Shown: one piece after another, positions 12,795 through 26,300 of the stretch
How the letters are laid out: each line of letters starts with the position of its first letter
Position numbering within the stretch: position 1 is the first letter of the stretch
Origin: Catajapyx aquilonaris
Lineage: Eukaryota
Reading direction: 5' to 3'
DNA length: 39,244 nt
NCBI GenBank assembly: GCA_000934665.2
Contig: JYFJ02003648.1
Span: 1 to 39,244 of the forward strand
The notes under the pieces: model-generated
Seen by the model: only the letters and a program-made list of their open reading frames with translations
What the model was told of the DNA's origin: nothing
The model's database searches: none
Translations under genes and position numbers: made by a program

Positions 12795-15700
12795 CCTAAT
12801 TATTAGGCATGTGAGACGTTTATGAAACTGGGGAAATAAATTGGGTTCATTTGCAATTCTGTCATTAATTCAACAGTGGCAATCAAAATACTGTATACCT
12901 CAACACGTAACCAAAATAAAATTTGTACATAAAATGAACGCCATTACACAGAACTGTAATATATGCTGATGCATATTTCAGCAGAAAACCTCGCTGAATT
13001 CAAGCTGTTCGTCCGAAACATCTACCGAGGTAACACTTCGTAACGTAGACAACACAAGAAGTTTGTGCACACCGGATATAAAACACCAATGATACGATGC
13101 CTTTCATCATCAGCACTATGAAGTGGTAGAAATAAAAGAAAATTAACTGCTTCATGTTTATGCTGGAATTTCCTCTAGCTGCGACTATTTATTTAGTGTA
13201 AAGGTTTACGGCATTTTTGGTGAGGCCCTAAAATTTAAAAAGCCCCACGACACACATCTTTCACAAATGGAATTTTAAAGGCTGATGGCCCACTGAAAGC
13301 ACCTCCTTAGAAATGTAATGCAGACCTAGCTCTGGGGACACGACGCGCAGCCTTGCAAATTCTTAAGCAAACAAGTGAAAGAAATGCGGCTTTTCGATGG
13401 ATCCCACTGCTTCATGCGATGTTACCTCGATTTTCAGGCACAATATTAGCGCGTAGTTAATATTAGCTAATGATGCTGTCACTCGATAAATAGAAGGCCC
13501 AACCTGTAGAATGAGCCCCAATGATATGAGCATCAACGTTATTATCAAAATTGTAAATGCAGCTGGAAATTAGGTCAAAATTGACGTATACGGTGTTCAG
13601 TACGCTAACGCATCCAAACGCAAATTACATTGGGGATAATATCGCCCATAACATTGCCAATTTATACGTAATCGTTAGAGAAAGTATTGTCACTCATTGT
13701 TTGACCCAAGAAATCAGTTTAAAATTAAGCAGCAATTACAAGTGAATTTGGTACTTTCTCACACACCACAGACGCACCCATTCAGGCAATGATTGATTGT
13801 ACAGTACAGTCCGTGTGTGTTTGCTAGTGGATGATATCCAATTACGAATGTGCTCGTGGCGAGAATGCCAGGATAACCTAGTATCATTTTATCATCACTT
13901 TCTGTCAACTCCGATACGCAACGCATAAATAAACGTCGCGTCAAATGACATGCTTGAAAACTAACAAAAACGTGCCCGGTCCCGCAATAATATTTGCGAT
14001 TGTAGAACGTGAAGTGTTTATGAACGCACTTGACGCAGAAGCTGACGAGTTCCCTGTATTCACTATCTGGACTTGTCATTGACAATGCTCTCTAAACAGG
14101 CTCATTAATCTCACTTTAGAACGGAGTGAGCTAAAATTGTGTATCCAAACATGTCGACTGCGTTCATGATGTGTCAATGGATGCTCGGCATTTGTGCCTA
14201 CGAGCATTGAATTATACGATGCTCAAGTTAAATTAATGCAATCCTTAATACAATTACGAGTGCAGGCTCGATTTTGTGCATTTGGGTCCAACACGCTATT
14301 GATTCCCCCCATATGTAAACGCATATCCAGCGTTCAAAGTCAGAGATGCTGACTATTACAGGACTCACCCGGACTGGGAAAAAGGTGCAGGAACAGAGTA
14401 ATTCAGTTTAAGTAAACTCAATTTTAAATTGAATCGTGCTGAAATTCGATATATTGGAGAGGCGGATTTTATTTCCGGTCTGTGATCCAGCAGGTAACAA
14501 TAGCACTGTAACAATTAGGTTGGTTACCTCGGGAAAATGCCGTGTATTTTTATCCCCAGTAGTTGCAATAGCTCTTCCAAATTGGTCAAAAGGTTTCAAA
14601 ATTTAATTATTAAATTCGCAACATCTGAAAGTGCTATCCTGGTGCTAATTCAGAGCACGCTACTTTCAGAGTTGGATACTGTACGTCCTCTCTATTGGAT
14701 CGTGGTCGGGTGACAAATCCCAAAAGATACGAGTTCTCAAAAAGTTCGTCCCAAAAAGTTCGGCAAAATTGGTTTTTGCAGGATCGTGATCGCTGCAACA
14801 GCAAGCATCAGTAGCCAGCAAAAACTGGGTGTGGATTTTTTTTTTGTGATAAATCATGATATGATGGCTTATTGACCGCAGGCAGATGGGGCCAGTCAGG
14901 ATAGGGCAGGGGCAAAGCACAGGGCAATGTCGCCGCTCGACAACCTAATTAATTAATCAAAGGCAAAGCGACAAGCGACATTACGCCGCGGCATATGCAT
15001 GCTCATCCGACCACATCCCCCCATCCCCCATGCAGCACAAACCTTCACACAAACCATCAAAATTGCACATCTGCCCCCTACACTTTACAGGAGCACCCCC
15101 CATACACTCCTCTGGGCGGGCCAAAATAAGCTCCAAAATGGCACGCACTCTAACTTATTCACGTCGACGGCCATTGAATTAGCTGGGTAACACAATAAGC
15201 CTCGCCAAGTCCGCCCCACTATTCAACGGAATAATTGTGTCGGAAATTCACCAGCACTTGGGGTAATAATCTGGTTGGATGTAACAGAACTTCAGTCAGA
15301 ACTGCATATTTCATAGCTTGTGGTATAGACACTTGAGGTGAGTGAGCCGGTGTTTAGCAAAGCACCAGATGAGCTACGATGGATAAAAACCGTTAAACCG
15401 TCAAGTTCAGTACAGCCTCCACCCGGCTTTTCCCGCCTATCATGTGGCCACATCGTTCTGCGCATGCTCAGAAAACATACTGGTGTGACGTCAGATTGTT
15501 CTTTCTCTTAAAAGGACTGTAGATGCACTCATATCCAGAAATTGTTGCAATGTACAATCCATCATACTTATGACAATATGAGTAGATCATTATCAAAACA
15601 ATATCTCATGATGGAAGATGGCAACAGCTATTGTTGTCATATCCAGCTGGTGTCTGTTGAGTGGCCATCTCTTATCCTTGGTACATTCGATATGCCAGTC

Positions 15701-18700
15701 TGGAATGTAACTTTAGTTACATCCTGTATCAAGCCTCAATATGTCACGCTCGAAGCAGCGTTTGCGTGAAGTCGGAGGCCCATGAAAAGGGCGTGGGTGA
15801 CAGAAAGGACGGAGTTCAATATCCTGAGGAAGGATCCGTCAATTCCAGTGATCAACCAGTGCTGTCCAATAACACGCAAGCAAGGCAGGGATTTGGCAAT
15901 CGAAAGGAAGTGTTCCCGCCGCATCTCTGCCCCTGCAACAAGCCTTGATTGTCAAACAAGCTGACTCAGCATACGATACACGAATCTTCAAGTGAAACAA
16001 ACTTTACGCCATTGGGGGCCTCCCCAATCTCGCCTTTGAGACGTCGGAGCCAGAAACCCCTCATGACCCCCTTTAGCATACTATCCCCCATGTAGATTGC
16101 ACAGGGTGTTGGGGATGGGAAAGGGCTTTGGGAAGAAGGAATGAATGCATAATGGAGCGGCGACACAAAGGGAATAAGGCGTTCTGAATTTGAGAAGAGG
16201 AAAAAGGCAACCGCCTTTTGCCCTAATGGACTCCTAATGATGGGCAAACTGGCATTGAGGCCTGGTGAGCCTGCATACATAAGGAACCCTCCATCCAAAT
16301 TCAATGATTTGTCTTCTGTGACATTTTATACTAAGGCAACTTTGTCGACTGTTGCGTTTCTTTATGCACACCCTGTCCATTTTTCCATAAATGATGGAAC
16401 GATGGTGAGGTTGGGCGAGCCACTTACTGCTAGAAAGCTGTTGACGTAACTCTAGTAGCCATAACCCTGTATTTCCAATTTCCTTATTCATCCCATAAAT
16501 CTTGGGCCAGATACTGGGAAGGAGCCGTAATTATTTTATCGTAGTGATAAACTGCTACAGCCAAACACCAGCGTAGGACATCGTTTATGGTTGGATGGGT
16601 GAAATTATGGGCAATGTGCTACGCCTGTATGTGAAAGTGGGTCAGCAACAAGATACGTAATTGCCTTTACGACAACATGAAATAATGCTGAGTAGCCTGT
16701 CGTTCTGTAGTGTGCGGCTTATTAGTCCATTTTCAAATAATATATGCCACTTCGCACACCTATACGTGCTACACTGATAGACAAAACACACGCACACATT
16801 ACGTCTGATTACACGCAACATTTTTCACACATTGTTTTTAAAAAACGTAATCTGTTAAATTCAGTCGATACAACCTACACTGAATGCAGCTATTTAGTCA
16901 TGCAACTATAATTTAATAGTTCCTCCTGAATATATTACACCCCGATTTATGCATACGATCTCTCGGGACTTTCATCCTTCCTCAGCCTCCGTCTGAAGGC
17001 GGAGCAGCATTAATTGGCACGGTCTGTGGGAATTAAGTTGGAAACCAACAGGCAGCAGGGTTGTTGGCCTCGCTCCATGGCTCTGTGTATATAGGGAACA
17101 TGTGGAGCGTAGAAGAGGACGCCTGTTGCTGGCTCCGAGTGACAGGCAAATCCTGCTGGCTTTGGCCAAGGGTTCCTTCGGCTCGAAGATGCACCCAGCC
17201 GAGGACAAAAATCCTAGTCCTGCCGAAGCTGCAGCTGTCGTCTGCACCATACCACTGAAGGTCGGACATTATTGGGGAGGGGTCCTGCTGAAACTATACG
17301 GGCCAGATGCTGCACTGGATTCGTGTCATGTTAGTCAGCTGAAGTGAGATGGCGGAGAAGATGGTGTCGTCAACTCGACTTTTTTTGCAGTCTTCTGAAA
17401 CTTACGAGTTGATACTGGTGCGCCAGATGCATAAGTGACCGTTTAAGCATCAGAGTTAAACTCTCATTAGATCTGCGTAAAATATGGGATGGAGACACTT
17501 ATGGTGCGTTGGTAGCGTGACAATGGTATGTGGCTCGTTTCAAACACATATACAGGCCGGTTATGCTTATAAAACGGTAAAATAAAAATTGGGAAAATGT
17601 TAATTTTAAAAAATATAAAAACTTTAGATAAATTTTATTATTGAACGTAATTATTCTGATGTAAGATAGTAATAATAGAACCTGGGGGAAGCATGAGGTA
17701 CGCATTTGATTAAATAACATTCGCTTTAATTCATGATGCTCGCATGTGAATTACAAAGGGTAGCGCGTGGAATTAGTTTAAGTTCACTGTTTCAAAGGTT
17801 TCTAAGAATAACTTTGCATCATTTATGCCTTTAGCCATGCGACTCTATACCATTAATGCTTCACTGGAATATATTCACAAAGGAGGTTGTTACGAGAAAA
17901 AATCACATTCATAGCCATCCATCTCGGAGTTGCAAAGAGCTTTACTCTGGCAACGTATGCCAGACACAATGATTCTATTGTATTAAAACTTACTCTACCC
18001 GTTTGTGCTGCCTTTAATAGATACATGCAGCCAAAAAATTGTTCGCGGAAATCATGTATACTCATTGGAACAGAGTTGTTTGGAAGAAGTTTAGAAAACG
18101 CTATACAAAAATAATGATCCTGAGTGTCTTTGTCAATGTTCAAATAAGTTAGCAATGGAAACGCGTTTTAAATCATGGTTAATTGTACTGTACAGCGAAA
18201 CTGCGTAAGTAACGATGGAATGATTTTATGCACGCGTCTTGGGCGAATGGAAACTTTCTGCCAGACTTCGACACTCATGTCTTCTGTGATGGCAACAACA
18301 AAGTTTACCAATGATGGTTGGACATCCTGATGGATGGATCGAATGATGTAACATAGACGTGTAGGGATGGATGGATGGATGGTAAAGATGGATATAGATG
18401 GAAGAGAGGACGGATACATGAGGAGCATTACTGATGCATGAATCTATAATGACATCCTAGATATTTTCTGACAGGCCTAAACACTGCACATTTTTTGATA
18501 TTTACATATTGCTTTTTGCAAGGGCTTTTTGTTGTTACAGCAAGGATTTTTTTTCTCTGACGACAGATTCGTGTAAGATACAGATGTGACCTGTTGAACC
18601 AACAGATTGTAACACATTTCTCTCTTTATCAACTCATCTCTCTGTGAGAAGAAAAGCATGTAAAATCGCATAGATTGCAGCAGGTGCATGGTTTAAAAAA

Positions 18701-19325
18701 ATTGTATTTTCTAATTACAGCAAGAAATATCTTATAAATGGCTTAATGATTGGGTTCAAGCAACCATAACTTTCCGTCTCGATGCATCCTGCCTCTAATA
18801 TATGAGAAAATGTTGCCGAATGAAAGAAGCTATTCAATTCTTAATTTAAGAGCCGAAAATGAATGGCTTTGCTTATTGCTCTTAAGACTACACAACGTAG
18901 AAGTAGTCAGATCGTTTAAAAACCTGGAGGTTCTCGTCGAAAAGGTTTGCTTTCAATCTCTCACTGGGATTATTCCCTACAACAAAATAATCACTGCCGT
19001 AGGTTTTGAAATAGTGTTTTTACGTCTACTGATGGTTAGGAAATTCTAACTAAGGGGATTTTATTACGCTAATGACATTATCAACAAAAAGATGAACATA
19101 GATTTTAGAATGGAAAATATTGGCAGTGTATTTAGCATGATTCTGTATGAGCTAATGTATCTCTTGGGATATTATTGGGAATAGGCCTATATGGACGAAT
19201 GTTGCCAGTTTAAGAGCATGCAAATGTTATAAACTTTCATGCACATTTGCAGTAATGCGAAGAAAATGTGTACCGCAGTGTAAATGAGCACAAAGAAATT
19301 TAGAACAACCTTGCAAATGACGTGA

Positions 19326-19342
19326 AGAGAGAGAGAGAGAGA
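19326..19342. repeat. Short (AG)n microsatellite
   Basis: AGAGAGAGAGAGAGAGA run. Confidence 0.75.
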
Positions 19343-20216
19343 GCAATATTTTCTCCTGGAGCATTTTGGAGACTACAACAATTCTATGCATCACCTGCAT
19401 GTTTACGTAAGTTTGCGCCAGCCTGAAATTAGGCCCCAGAAGAAATACAACCTGTCCGTGTTAGTAGTGTGCGGCCCAACTTAAATATTAATCAGGGCAG
19501 GAGGCGTCTCTAGATGGAAGACAGGCCGCGAAATTACTTCTCAGCCTGCGGTGTTACTGCGGATTTTCGTTCTTTGCTCTTGCCTTTTCCTGCAGTTTCC
19601 AGCATAACGAGATTGAACAGTGGCAACAGCAATGTCCGCTTCTCGGGCAGTAAAATACGAGCTAACTTACAATAGACAGGTAAAGCCTGCGTCAGACACA
19701 ATTTTTACTAATAAAATGGCAGCTCCAGCCTAAATGCTTGGTCACTATACCAAAGCATTCTTAACAACTATATGAATTAATGAATATGAAAATAGCATAT
19801 TTTGTTCCCAATGTGTTACTTCATTTTTAAATAACACCCGACTAAAAGCATTAATATTTTTCTGTCTTTGAATAATTATTTTGGGGGCATTTCAAGTGCG
19901 TATCACTTCAACTTGCAGAATGCGGTCTGGAAAGTTTACAATCCCTCCGGTAAATTAATTGTTTACGTAGAGTTTACACTTTCAGTTGAAACAATAGCTC
20001 CACAGGCAGTTTGGAAGCTTCAACTTCTCATTAGCTAACAGTAACATTCATTCCTAGGGCACAACCACAAAAGATGGTGAAGTAATGTTTGTTCCGCTCC
20101 ACATTTTCCAATTTAATGATTTTCTATAACTTGGCACTTATCCAAATAGATAGGAAACAACCACCCAAGTGAAATTGATCGTATAGTGATTCCCTATATC
20201 GTCCCCTATTTTCCAG

Positions 20217-20371
20217 GCTCCATCAGCAATATCGACGATGGCGAGTACAGGTGCCCCGACGGATCCAGCCCTGCCATTCGACAAAAGGTAATATCGGGCG
20301 TCGTCGGAGCTGCCTCGTCCGTCACTTCCATACAAGTGGCCAATCTCCTCCGCCTCTTCAAGATCCCTCAG
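20217..20371 (+). CDS. mtt: mtt coding exon, first in window (Venus flytrap)
   Basis: ttccag|GC...CCTCAG|gtactg; (G)SISNIDDGEYRCPDGSSPAIRQKVISGVVGAASSVTSIQVANLLRLFKIPQ. Confidence 0.92.
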
Positions 20372-23300
20372 GTACTGGCTGGCTCATACCTCTGTGACAA
20401 ATAACACTGGGGGCAGTGGTCAGTGGCAGGGTTGCTCGTACTCCATCAGGGCTAGGTCCTCTCATCAATAACAGTGTCAGTCCCAGATACTCGGGTATTG
20501 TACAATACATCGGGTTGGACGCTAGTTTGGAGTGTCGCAGGCTGCGGTGAGTGGGTCCAGTCTGAGTTGGCAGGTACTCGACCGTGTCCGGTGAAGAGCA
20601 GACTTTGGGTTCAGTCTCGCCAACGCGGCTTGTCGCCTCCACACAAACACCGAGAAGCACTTATTTGGACATGCCACATGTAGAACCCGGTAAATAAATA
20701 GTGCGGGACTGCGCGATAAAAATTTGCAAACTCCAGAGTTGGGAGCGAGAGTGATATTGTACTAGTACATGATGCCTGGGAGGTATGGGAGATCTTCGCC
20801 TTCTGCCTGTCGTATAGGAGACAGGAAATTGCGAAAGAACTGAAAATGCGAAAATATTATTCATCGTTAGCACGTCAGGCAGGTTTGCAGCAAGTTCATT
20901 CTGGTATGCACTAAAGTTCCTAACGATCCTATAACTACTGCAGGAGCGGCCGCACAAGTACTGGCCCCGCCAGGCACGGCACATCGCGTCACATTGCCCG
21001 ATGATTTTTAGTGCCATTTTTGAAACACACAGTATACGCAATGTTGGTGACATCTTCGATATTAGTACACAGCGGTGGGTCTAGAGGAAAAAGGAATGGG
21101 TCTTGCAACTGGCGTGGATGGGACCTCCTACTTGCTATTTTATAGGCTTATTGTAGGTGTGGCAGGCGTGGAGCAACACCATTGCAGCAGAAAGAGCAAG
21201 AGGGGGGTGAATGTTGCGTCTTCCGAGCGATTGGATCCAATCGATTCTTCCAACCAGACAGGTCGAGGCCAATCGAAGAGGAACTTGGGAAACTGGAGAA
21301 GGAAACTGATCCGCGATTAATCTCCGCCCTACATCTCACTTCTCTCGGGGAGATCAAGACTAGTCGGGGTAAAAGAGCAGGAGAAAGAGGCGGAGAAAGC
21401 AGACACTCATTTATTGCAAGTGTCATGTTCGACGAATGCTTCTTTTGCCCGGCGCAATACTCTGCTGGGTGACCAAACACGCTTATTTCTGCTTTTGAAG
21501 AAGGCTTCGGCCGAGTATAAGCCCTTGCAAGATCGATGTCTTGAAAAGTACCGCACATCAAGAGCACTTTTTTTTAGCTACTCGTTTCGACCAAAAAAGG
21601 GGCTCTATATCAAGCTAAAGCTCACCAGTCACCAGAAAGAAAGTCGCATTTTTTGTGCCCATATACAGGTGGTAATTGTCACACAGACACAAAAATTCTG
21701 TCACATTTTCGAATGAGTCATAAAAGCATGAACCTACCATAATCCTTAATATTCGCACTACATGCTGGAAAGGCCAGACAGCTAGAGATATTGGGAATAC
21801 TCTAACACCTAGGAGGAGGGAATCCGCTTATCCTGGGAGGCTCCACTATCTATACACTTCTCTCATGTTCGCCATTGTCGATGCGAGTCTAGAGCTCTGC
21901 ATAGTCGGGATTAGAGGAGTGGAAGTAAAACCCATTCCTTCCTCGATGTGCAAAATGGTCTCGCAGTGTAACCTAATTTCAGGATCGAGGGTTATATGCT
22001 GCTATACATTTTTGTGCCAAGGCCATTCTTTTCCTTCTTTAAAAGAAGCTTTTATAATAACGTTTCGACCACTGACTGCACGTCCTAATGCTCTCAGTAA
22101 CGTTTCCGAGTCGTCCCTGAGCAATAATATTAACCTACAGTATTTCTGCAAAAGTTGTTTCTAACTTCCTCCAGTGTTGATTCACGGCCCTCAGTTAGTC
22201 CAGTTCTGGCCATCCACTGTTTTAATTTTTAAAAAGAAGTTCACGTACGTATGCAAATATTACTTCTTAATATTGCGCACCAGTTCGTGGAAATGCTTCA
22301 TTTCTGTACAGTATGTCAGAGAAGTCGCCTCTCGCCGGATTTCACGGTTTTTAAAGCCCGAAGTGGTGGTTGACTCTTACTCATGACGCATGTTACAGTA
22401 AAATGTAGCAAGTGCATGTTTTGTCCTAGTCGCGAAAGTTGGCGTTTCGTTTTAATTATCCCATTGTTTGCGCCTATTTAGTGTTAATATATTTCCAAGA
22501 ATAGCGGTTTGTTCAGGCTTTTGTAGCCAAATTATCTCGATTCCAACCAGGCAAGATGCATCTCTCATTTGCCTTCAAGTTTCACAGTGCATTCAGATTT
22601 GGTTGGCTGGCTATGGAATACTGGCAAGGTTCATGAAGTGGGCAGTAGATGTTAAATGATATTAATTTGAAACAATGGAATTATTCCTCTCATTTCAATA
22701 TCGAGTTTTGCGTGCGGCTAGCCACACACAATTTCAACACGCCCTTTAATATTACAGTATAATCGACACTTATAGAGTGTTGATGGAAATTACAGACTGA
22801 ACATATGATTACATCGCCACTTTTATTGATCATAGATAAAACATGGTTGGAATTATTTCAATAGCAATGTTTTTTTCCTCCCATAAGCTTACACTGTACG
22901 TCACAACTTCATTCTGTACACTTCAAAATTACATGAAACATCGCGTTGTGGCTAAAAAGTGACGACTTTCATAGAGATGGTTTGTCAAGTCAGTGTCGAG
23001 TTAAAGAAGAAAAGAACTCACGGCGTAAAAGTTTGATGTCGCAAAAGAGGCCCAGATGCCCAGAAAGTAATTTGCCGTTATAATCAAATTACTTCGAGGA
23101 GCGTGATGTAAACCGGAGACATTTCAGTCAAATTAAGTTGCGAAGTAGTCTGTCTTGTCTCTGGGAAAATAATGGCGACTCATTGTCGTTGAATCTAGTA
23201 ACATCACGGTAATTAAGCTGAGTTGGTTAAAAAGACACACCCGCACATTCAGTTGCAATTTAAATCATATTTACATGCGGATTTTATGTCACATACAGTT

Positions 23301-26300
23301 GTCATATACTGATTCGGACAGTTAGACTACATTTATTGCAATATTACTCTGAAAATGGTAATGAAATAGTTTTCCCTCCTGTGCATTGTTAAGATATACG
23401 TAATACACTATATTGATAATTTTACATGTGCTTCTACTTTGTTCTTCAATTGTTCTTATTATAAACCTAATTAGCTCTTGATTATTCATATTATGGTCAC
23501 AATTATTCATTTACGTTGTGGGAGGGCAAAATACGAGTATTTCTGAAAAACAAGCGAGTATAGGGCCACATCGCAATTTAATTACTATTACTACTGCCGT
23601 TTGCAGTATAGTATAGACAATTTTAAAAGTAGAAAACTTTCCAGGACTCATTATACTCAGCAAACCTAATTTCATCTGAAATGACTTTTTTTTCCTTGCA
23701 TGTCTCAGGACACCATTTATGAAGCCATACTGTTTCCAGACGAGTGGTTCGCGGGAAAGCGGCTTCGGTAATCAACATCATTACTTGCAAAGAGTATAGG
23801 CGGGCCGCATCAAAGGATTCTCCAACTTTTCGAATTTATTGACTCTGCATAACTTGGTTGATGAATAGGATATTGGGTTCATTTTGATTGCAAGGAAGGT
23901 TATAAATCTGCTGAGAAGAGAGACGTGATTTACACAGCGTGGTGTGCCGTAAGCATTTATGTAAGATGCAAGCTAAATATTACGACTCCTTTGGGGCCCC
24001 GTAAGCAATAATGGCGATTCACGCTTTACTGACGCTTGGTATTGAGATCTCAACTAATTTACTGCGCTCCCTCTCTTACGGTATGAACTCTCAATATGAT
24101 CATGAGCTACCCATGCGAAACAAATGCAGGAAATATTGAACTTGCGCAGGAAATAATAGCTTAAGGCAAGGTAATATACAGTATAAGCCTTGGTATAAGC
24201 GTTCTCATGCCTCATACTTAATACACAGTATATTGTAAACTATTTCTTTAGTGTGTGCATAAGTTATACCTCATACATTTATACATTATACAGTATGCCA
24301 TAGGCTTATACAGTATATACTCATGCATTAAATGCATTATACGTAATAATGAGGGTGAGACAAAAAGGATGCATAGTTTTCTTCACTTCAGACTGGCGAA
24401 TTATTATATTAATTAAATATCAAAATGCATACATATATTCACATATTGTATAATCTAGTCGTTAAATGTATTACCTATCGCATGTACTGTCTTTTTCTCC
24501 TATAGTTGCATAAATATAGGCTATCTTCCCTGCATTACTGACAAATGGATAAAATGTGGATAAAACATTCAGAAGGGCGAATAACTGTACATCTTGAGGG
24601 TATACAGTGAATGGTTTGTGCACATGTGTGTACATACAGTATTTGTATGGTTTTAAACATTTTCACACAACCATCCCCTCCATTATTGCTGTCTTTCAAT
24701 TGTGTGCGACGTAAGTACGGCTCTTCAGAAAGAGTCACAATCCAACTTGTTACTCAGGTAATAGATCGGTAAACTAGAAGTGCCTGGCCCAAAAGACAGG
24801 CTGTAACGATAATGTCCACAGGTACCGTACCCTACACCATCCGAAAAGCGACGTTAACTGCAAAAGAAAATAGCCAGTAACTGAATTAGCAGAGTCTTAA
24901 AAGAAAAGGAGCGCCGCCGCCAGCTTTGTCGTAAGTGCTTTTAGGCTACTGGTAATAAGGCACAAAGTGTTGAGTAACACATTATAGGGGCCGAAACCGT
25001 GATGAAAGAAGAACAGAGTTTGCCATATTAGAAGTTTTGTAACCGGAAACATTGGCCTAATATGATGATAGTGTCAGAAATTAGACGTGAATAGAATTTT
25101 TTCTAGGCAAAAAAATTTAATCGGGATTAGTGTGACGGTGTTCGTGTGAGTATACTATACATGGTATATTTTTTTACAATATTATCGTCGGCACTACACT
25201 GACTTCTATAGGCTACAGTATCAACTTATCAAGTAAAATAAATGACTGTAATGTGCGAGCCATATCAGTGGTTACTGCCGTACTGCTTGACATTTGCTGC
25301 CTGAGTTTCATCAGCAAAATCTGATTAGTGTATGGCAGAAAATTAATAACCTCTAATTTTTTTCTGGAAATGGCAATGGACAGTTCATTTCATAATTATC
25401 TTTGCAGCTTTAGGACACTGAAAAATGCAGCACGAAATGCAGATGTCATACTTTTGAATTCAAAGAGGGATGTTGTTTTTTATGTCAGGGATTTTTAGTC
25501 TTCACTACTTATATCATTCACATTTTGGGGATAAAGAATTGACCGGAAATAATATAATTCAATAGTTTTTCCGCAATTACCAAGAGCAAATCGCATAAAA
25601 CCCAAGTAGAGATTGTCAACCCTGGTTTATGAACTCAGAACGTTCCACATGACACCCTGAAAGCTTATTCCATTATCCTCTTCCCAGCCCCATTAACCGC
25701 AATTTTCCCATAACTCCTCCAGGTGTCCTTTTTCTCCACGAGTCCTGAGCTGAGCAACAAGCAACGATTTGAGTTCTTCTCCAGAACAATTCCATCTGAC
25801 CACTACCAAGTGCAGGCCATGGTAGAGCTAATCCGCAGGTTGGGTTGGACCTACGTGTCGATAGTGTACGAGGAAAGCAACTACGGCGTTAAGGTAAGTT
25901 GGCAACAAAGTTTTCTCTGTGTTGTGTAACTTGTTGCATGCATTACTTACAGGCACTGGAAGAACTGGAGCGGCTATTGGGGCGGCATGGGGTGTGCATA
26001 GCTGTTCGGGAAAAGCTGGTGAAAGACTCTGGAGTTGCTGAAGAGCAGGCTTATGACGGAATCGTCTCTCGACTGACGTCCAAACCGCGGGCCAGAGGTG
26101 GAGTACCACTTATTTACTCGACACGTTCACCGCAGTTTTAAAGCGGTATCACAAACACTCTCCTGCACCCCCGAATGAATAAGTGCGGAAGGGCAGTGGT
26201 GGACTGGAGTGCCTCGCTAACACAGAATCCATCACTGGGTGGATTTTTCTGCGGTGGAAGAATGGGGCGAATGTAGAGTTGTTGTCCAGCTTTATTATGA

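Noticed and set aside
17853..18428. Minus-strand ORFs with a faint piggyBac-like segment (HDFREQF)
   Set aside because: Too short a match; no catalytic motifs or TTAA-flanked ends seen
20358..20660. Minus ORF containing PEYLGLTL, like the LINE reverse-transcriptase KYLG motif
   Set aside because: Isolated weak motif with no YADD or other RT blocks nearby
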